Below are positions 61,782-64,000 of a stretch of 64,000 nt of DNA, one piece after another (positions within the stretch are counted from its first letter, which is position 1; each line of letters starts with the position of its first letter). The notes under the pieces were generated by a model. The model saw only the letters and a program-made list of their open reading frames with translations. It had not been told where the DNA came from and ran no database searches. Source of the stretch: Limnochordia bacterium (lineage in GTDB: Bacteria; Bacillota; Limnochordia; DTU080); assembly GCA_050951545.1 (NCBI GenBank), contig JBMNJG010000010.1:19696-83695 (forward strand), in the 5' to 3' direction. The position numbers and the translations under genes are program-made.

Positions 61782-62873
61782 CTATGTGCCGCGGCTCACC
61801 TTGCGTAGCAGGTCCGCCACATGCTCTATCGCAGCGATGTCCTGCTCCATGCTGCGGTAACCTTCATCGGCGAGTACCTGGCGCAACTCCGGCGTGCGGA
61901 ACTTCTCCAAACCAGCTTCGTCATTGCTCATATGCTTCCATAGGAACCCGCCATACTTCGAACACTCCCTCCAGGCTTCGATGGCTGGGTTGAGCCCATC
62001 CGCCCACTCAGGGAGGCTCTCAGCCAGCTTGCGGTAGAAGGGCACAGCCACGCCACGTTCGTGGATCTGACACAAGGCATCGCAATAGACATAGAATCGC
62101 CCTCGGACACTATTCTGCCAAGTGATGTCCTCACCGGGAACGCCTTTGGGGAAATCCAGGGTACACTGCGAAAAATCATCGGTGGCCAACTGGTCTAGCA
62201 TGGCTTTCCAGGCTGCGATGCCTACTTTTGCCCCGCGCACTTCGTCCTGGCGGGCATGCTGGACGACAGCAGACAAGGCTGCTAGTCCGCTCTCCGCTAT
62301 GGATGGCACAGTTGTCTTACCTTTGAGCAGAATGTAACCAAACAGATTTCCACTCCAGTCCTGCTTAGTGAATGGTTTCTTAGGATCGAAACCTTCATCT
62401 GTCTGAAAGTAGTTCCACCCGATAAGCTTGTCGCCGTCGTCTTCATGGCCGAACACGACACAGCACTCCGGCGGACCGATGATCCCCATGGCGATCACTG
62501 GCATGTCTTGATCGATCGAGGTCACGATATCGCGCCGTGCTGTGTCTGCATCTACCATGGGAATATCCGCGCCATCGACTGGCTTGACCAGTTTCACTTC
62601 GCCCACCCACCCCACGGCTTTCAACGCTCGCAAGTGCGGTGCGAATGGGTTGTTTTCGCATAGAACGATGTCCACGTTGGCTGGATCCCAACACCCCGGC
62701 CGCCAGCGCAATCGATTGCCACTACCGCTCATGGCCAGGATATCTGCGTATCTCCATACTTCCCCTTGGCTCTGCAAAACAGCATACAGTGAGCCAACGT
62801 ACGGTGTGAGCATTGATTCCGTATCAGTGAAATACGCAATACGCGGCACATTGTCAATAAGCTTGTTGGCCAT
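61782..62873 (-). CDS. Hypothetical protein
   Basis: 363-aa ORF with GGAGG SD and an upstream sigmaH-like promoter; no function assignable. Confidence 0.65.
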   Translation of the reverse strand: MANKLIDNVPRIAYFTDTESMLTPYVGSLYAVLQSQGEVWRYADILAMSGSGNRLRWRPGCWDPANVDIVLCENNPFAPHLRALKAVGWVGEVKLVKPVDGADIPMVDADTARRDIVTSIDQDMPVIAMGIIGPPECCVVFGHEDDGDKLIGWNYFQTDEGFDPKKPFTKQDWSGNLFGYILLKGKTTVPSIAESGLAALSAVVQHARQDEVRGAKVGIAAWKAMLDQLATDDFSQCTLDFPKGVPGEDITWQNSVRGRFYVYCDALCQIHERGVAVPFYRKLAESLPEWADGLNPAIEAWRECSKYGGFLWKHMSNDEAGLEKFRTPELRQVLADEGYRSMEQDIAAIEHVADLLRKVSRGT

Positions 62874-62999
62874 GTGGGGTCACGCCTCCATATCTCTACC
62901 CACCTATTGTCATCACCGTTCGGTACTCGAACAAGCCCGAAAGAGATTGTCCCGTTCGCTGTGGAAATTGACTGTCGTGACGACGGATATGATGTGCTT

Positions 63000-63025
63000 A
63001 TTCTACACGTTTATTAGTTTCCTTT
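63000..63025 (-). promoter_or_regulatory. sigmaH-like promoter
   Basis: Minus strand AAAGGAAAC-N10-GTAGAAT. Confidence 0.45.
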
Positions 63026-63370
63026 GCAGGAAGCCGAGTTCTTTTCGGAATAGTGATTAGTGCGAGACGGGCCCAGTCGCACCGCTTGCTCCCATGCCAC
63101 ACGCAGCACACCTATGGTCTGCAGCTGTTGACGGAGGATGCCTTCGACGCGCATATGAGCAACACTGAGGGCAGGGTGAAGGCTTCGACGCAGTCGTGGC
63201 GAAAGAGGAAAAAGAAGCAAGAACCCCAGCCCTGACCAGACTGGCAAGGTGGCTTCACGCATAGGAAAAACGGCTTCCCAGGGTCTAAGGCGATAGTTGG
63301 CTAGCGATGGTAGCTTTATATTCGTGGTTTGAATGGTTGTGGAAAGAACTCGGGGTATGGAGGTTGTCGC

Positions 63371-64000
63371 ATGGGCCTTCGCAAAATGCAAGTTGCAGTG
63401 GGCTTGGGTATACTCCTGACTACCGCTACATGGTTCATAGTACAGAGTTTACCGGGCCCGTTGGATGTAAAAGACAAATACGGGCGTACAGAGCTACACA
63501 GAGCCGCTATGAGCGGAGCATCTAATAAGGTTGCCGAATTGATTGCCCGCGGGGCGCATGTGAACATACCCGATGAGAAGGGTATGACCGCACTTCACCA
63601 TGCAACTAGCCACAATAATGTAACCATTGCGGCCATCCTATTAAGTAAAGGCGCTAAGATCAACGCCAGAGCTAAGGATGGACGCACACCCTTAGATATG
63701 GTGGTAAGCCCACTACCTCCTGTCCCGCGATATTTGGCGCGACCCATCAGAACCAGTCGCCTAGTACTTCCAGTCTCTTCAGATGCACCCGCATATGGTT
63801 CGAAGGTGTATGAGCAGCAACAAGAAATCATGCGTCAGCAAGACGAAATTGCTAACCTCCAATACGAACTGGATCGCAAGCGGGACGATGAAAGAGAAGC
63901 TGAGTGGAGTGCATCAGTGTCTCAGGCAAGGCACATGGTACAATTTCTCCTCAGTCACGGTGCGCGAAGCGGGATGAGAAGAGACAAGTCGCTGAGGAAA
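63371..64000 (+). CDS. Membrane-anchored ankyrin-repeat protein (3' truncated; absent from the ORF track)
   Basis: GGAGG then ATG 63371: MGLRKMQVAVGLGILLTTATWFIV...DKYGRTELHRAA..GAHVNIPDEKGMTALHHA..GAKINARAKDGRTPLD; open to the window end. Confidence 0.8.
   Translation, partial: MGLRKMQVAVGLGILLTTATWFIVQSLPGPLDVKDKYGRTELHRAAMSGASNKVAELIARGAHVNIPDEKGMTALHHATSHNNVTIAAILLSKGAKINARAKDGRTPLDMVVSPLPPVPRYLARPIRTSRLVLPVSSDAPAYGSKVYEQQQEIMRQQDEIANLQYELDRKRDDEREAEWSASVSQARHMVQFLLSHGARSGMRRDKSLRK

Noticed and set aside
57781-64000. Prophage or conjugative element
   Set aside because: No structural, replication or conjugation genes are visible; only an integrase island can be supported.

Overview
GC-rich bacterial chromosomal window, Bacillota-like by gene content and promoter style (Limnochordia-like is a guess only). 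It is dominated by carbohydrate use: GH42, GH78, two CBM-bearing secreted enzymes, five stand-alone sugar-binding proteins and a 13.5-kb isomerase/kinase/aldolase/NagA-NagB cluster. It also holds a BceRS/BceAB-like module, glnA, an M29 aminopeptidase, mscS, and a tRNA-Lys-anchored integrase island with PadR/permease/ArsM. The most unexplained structure is a family of ~408-bp non-coding tandem repeats in two arrays (8900-10334 and 40606-44352) that share a unique 44-bp leader. Array 1 lies directly upstream of a gene for a tandem winged-HTH plus Vsr/DUF559-like nuclease. Array 2 has no such gene, is interrupted by an IS21 element with a 5-bp target duplication, and starts at the breakpoint of a local duplication. 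I propose this as a candidate undescribed repeat-nuclease element. Other points are a recurrent sigmaH-like promoter motif (about 12 sites), a possible hybrid sulfoglycolysis operon, and several single-base frameshifts that may be assembly errors. All family calls come from motif recognition by eye; no searches were run.
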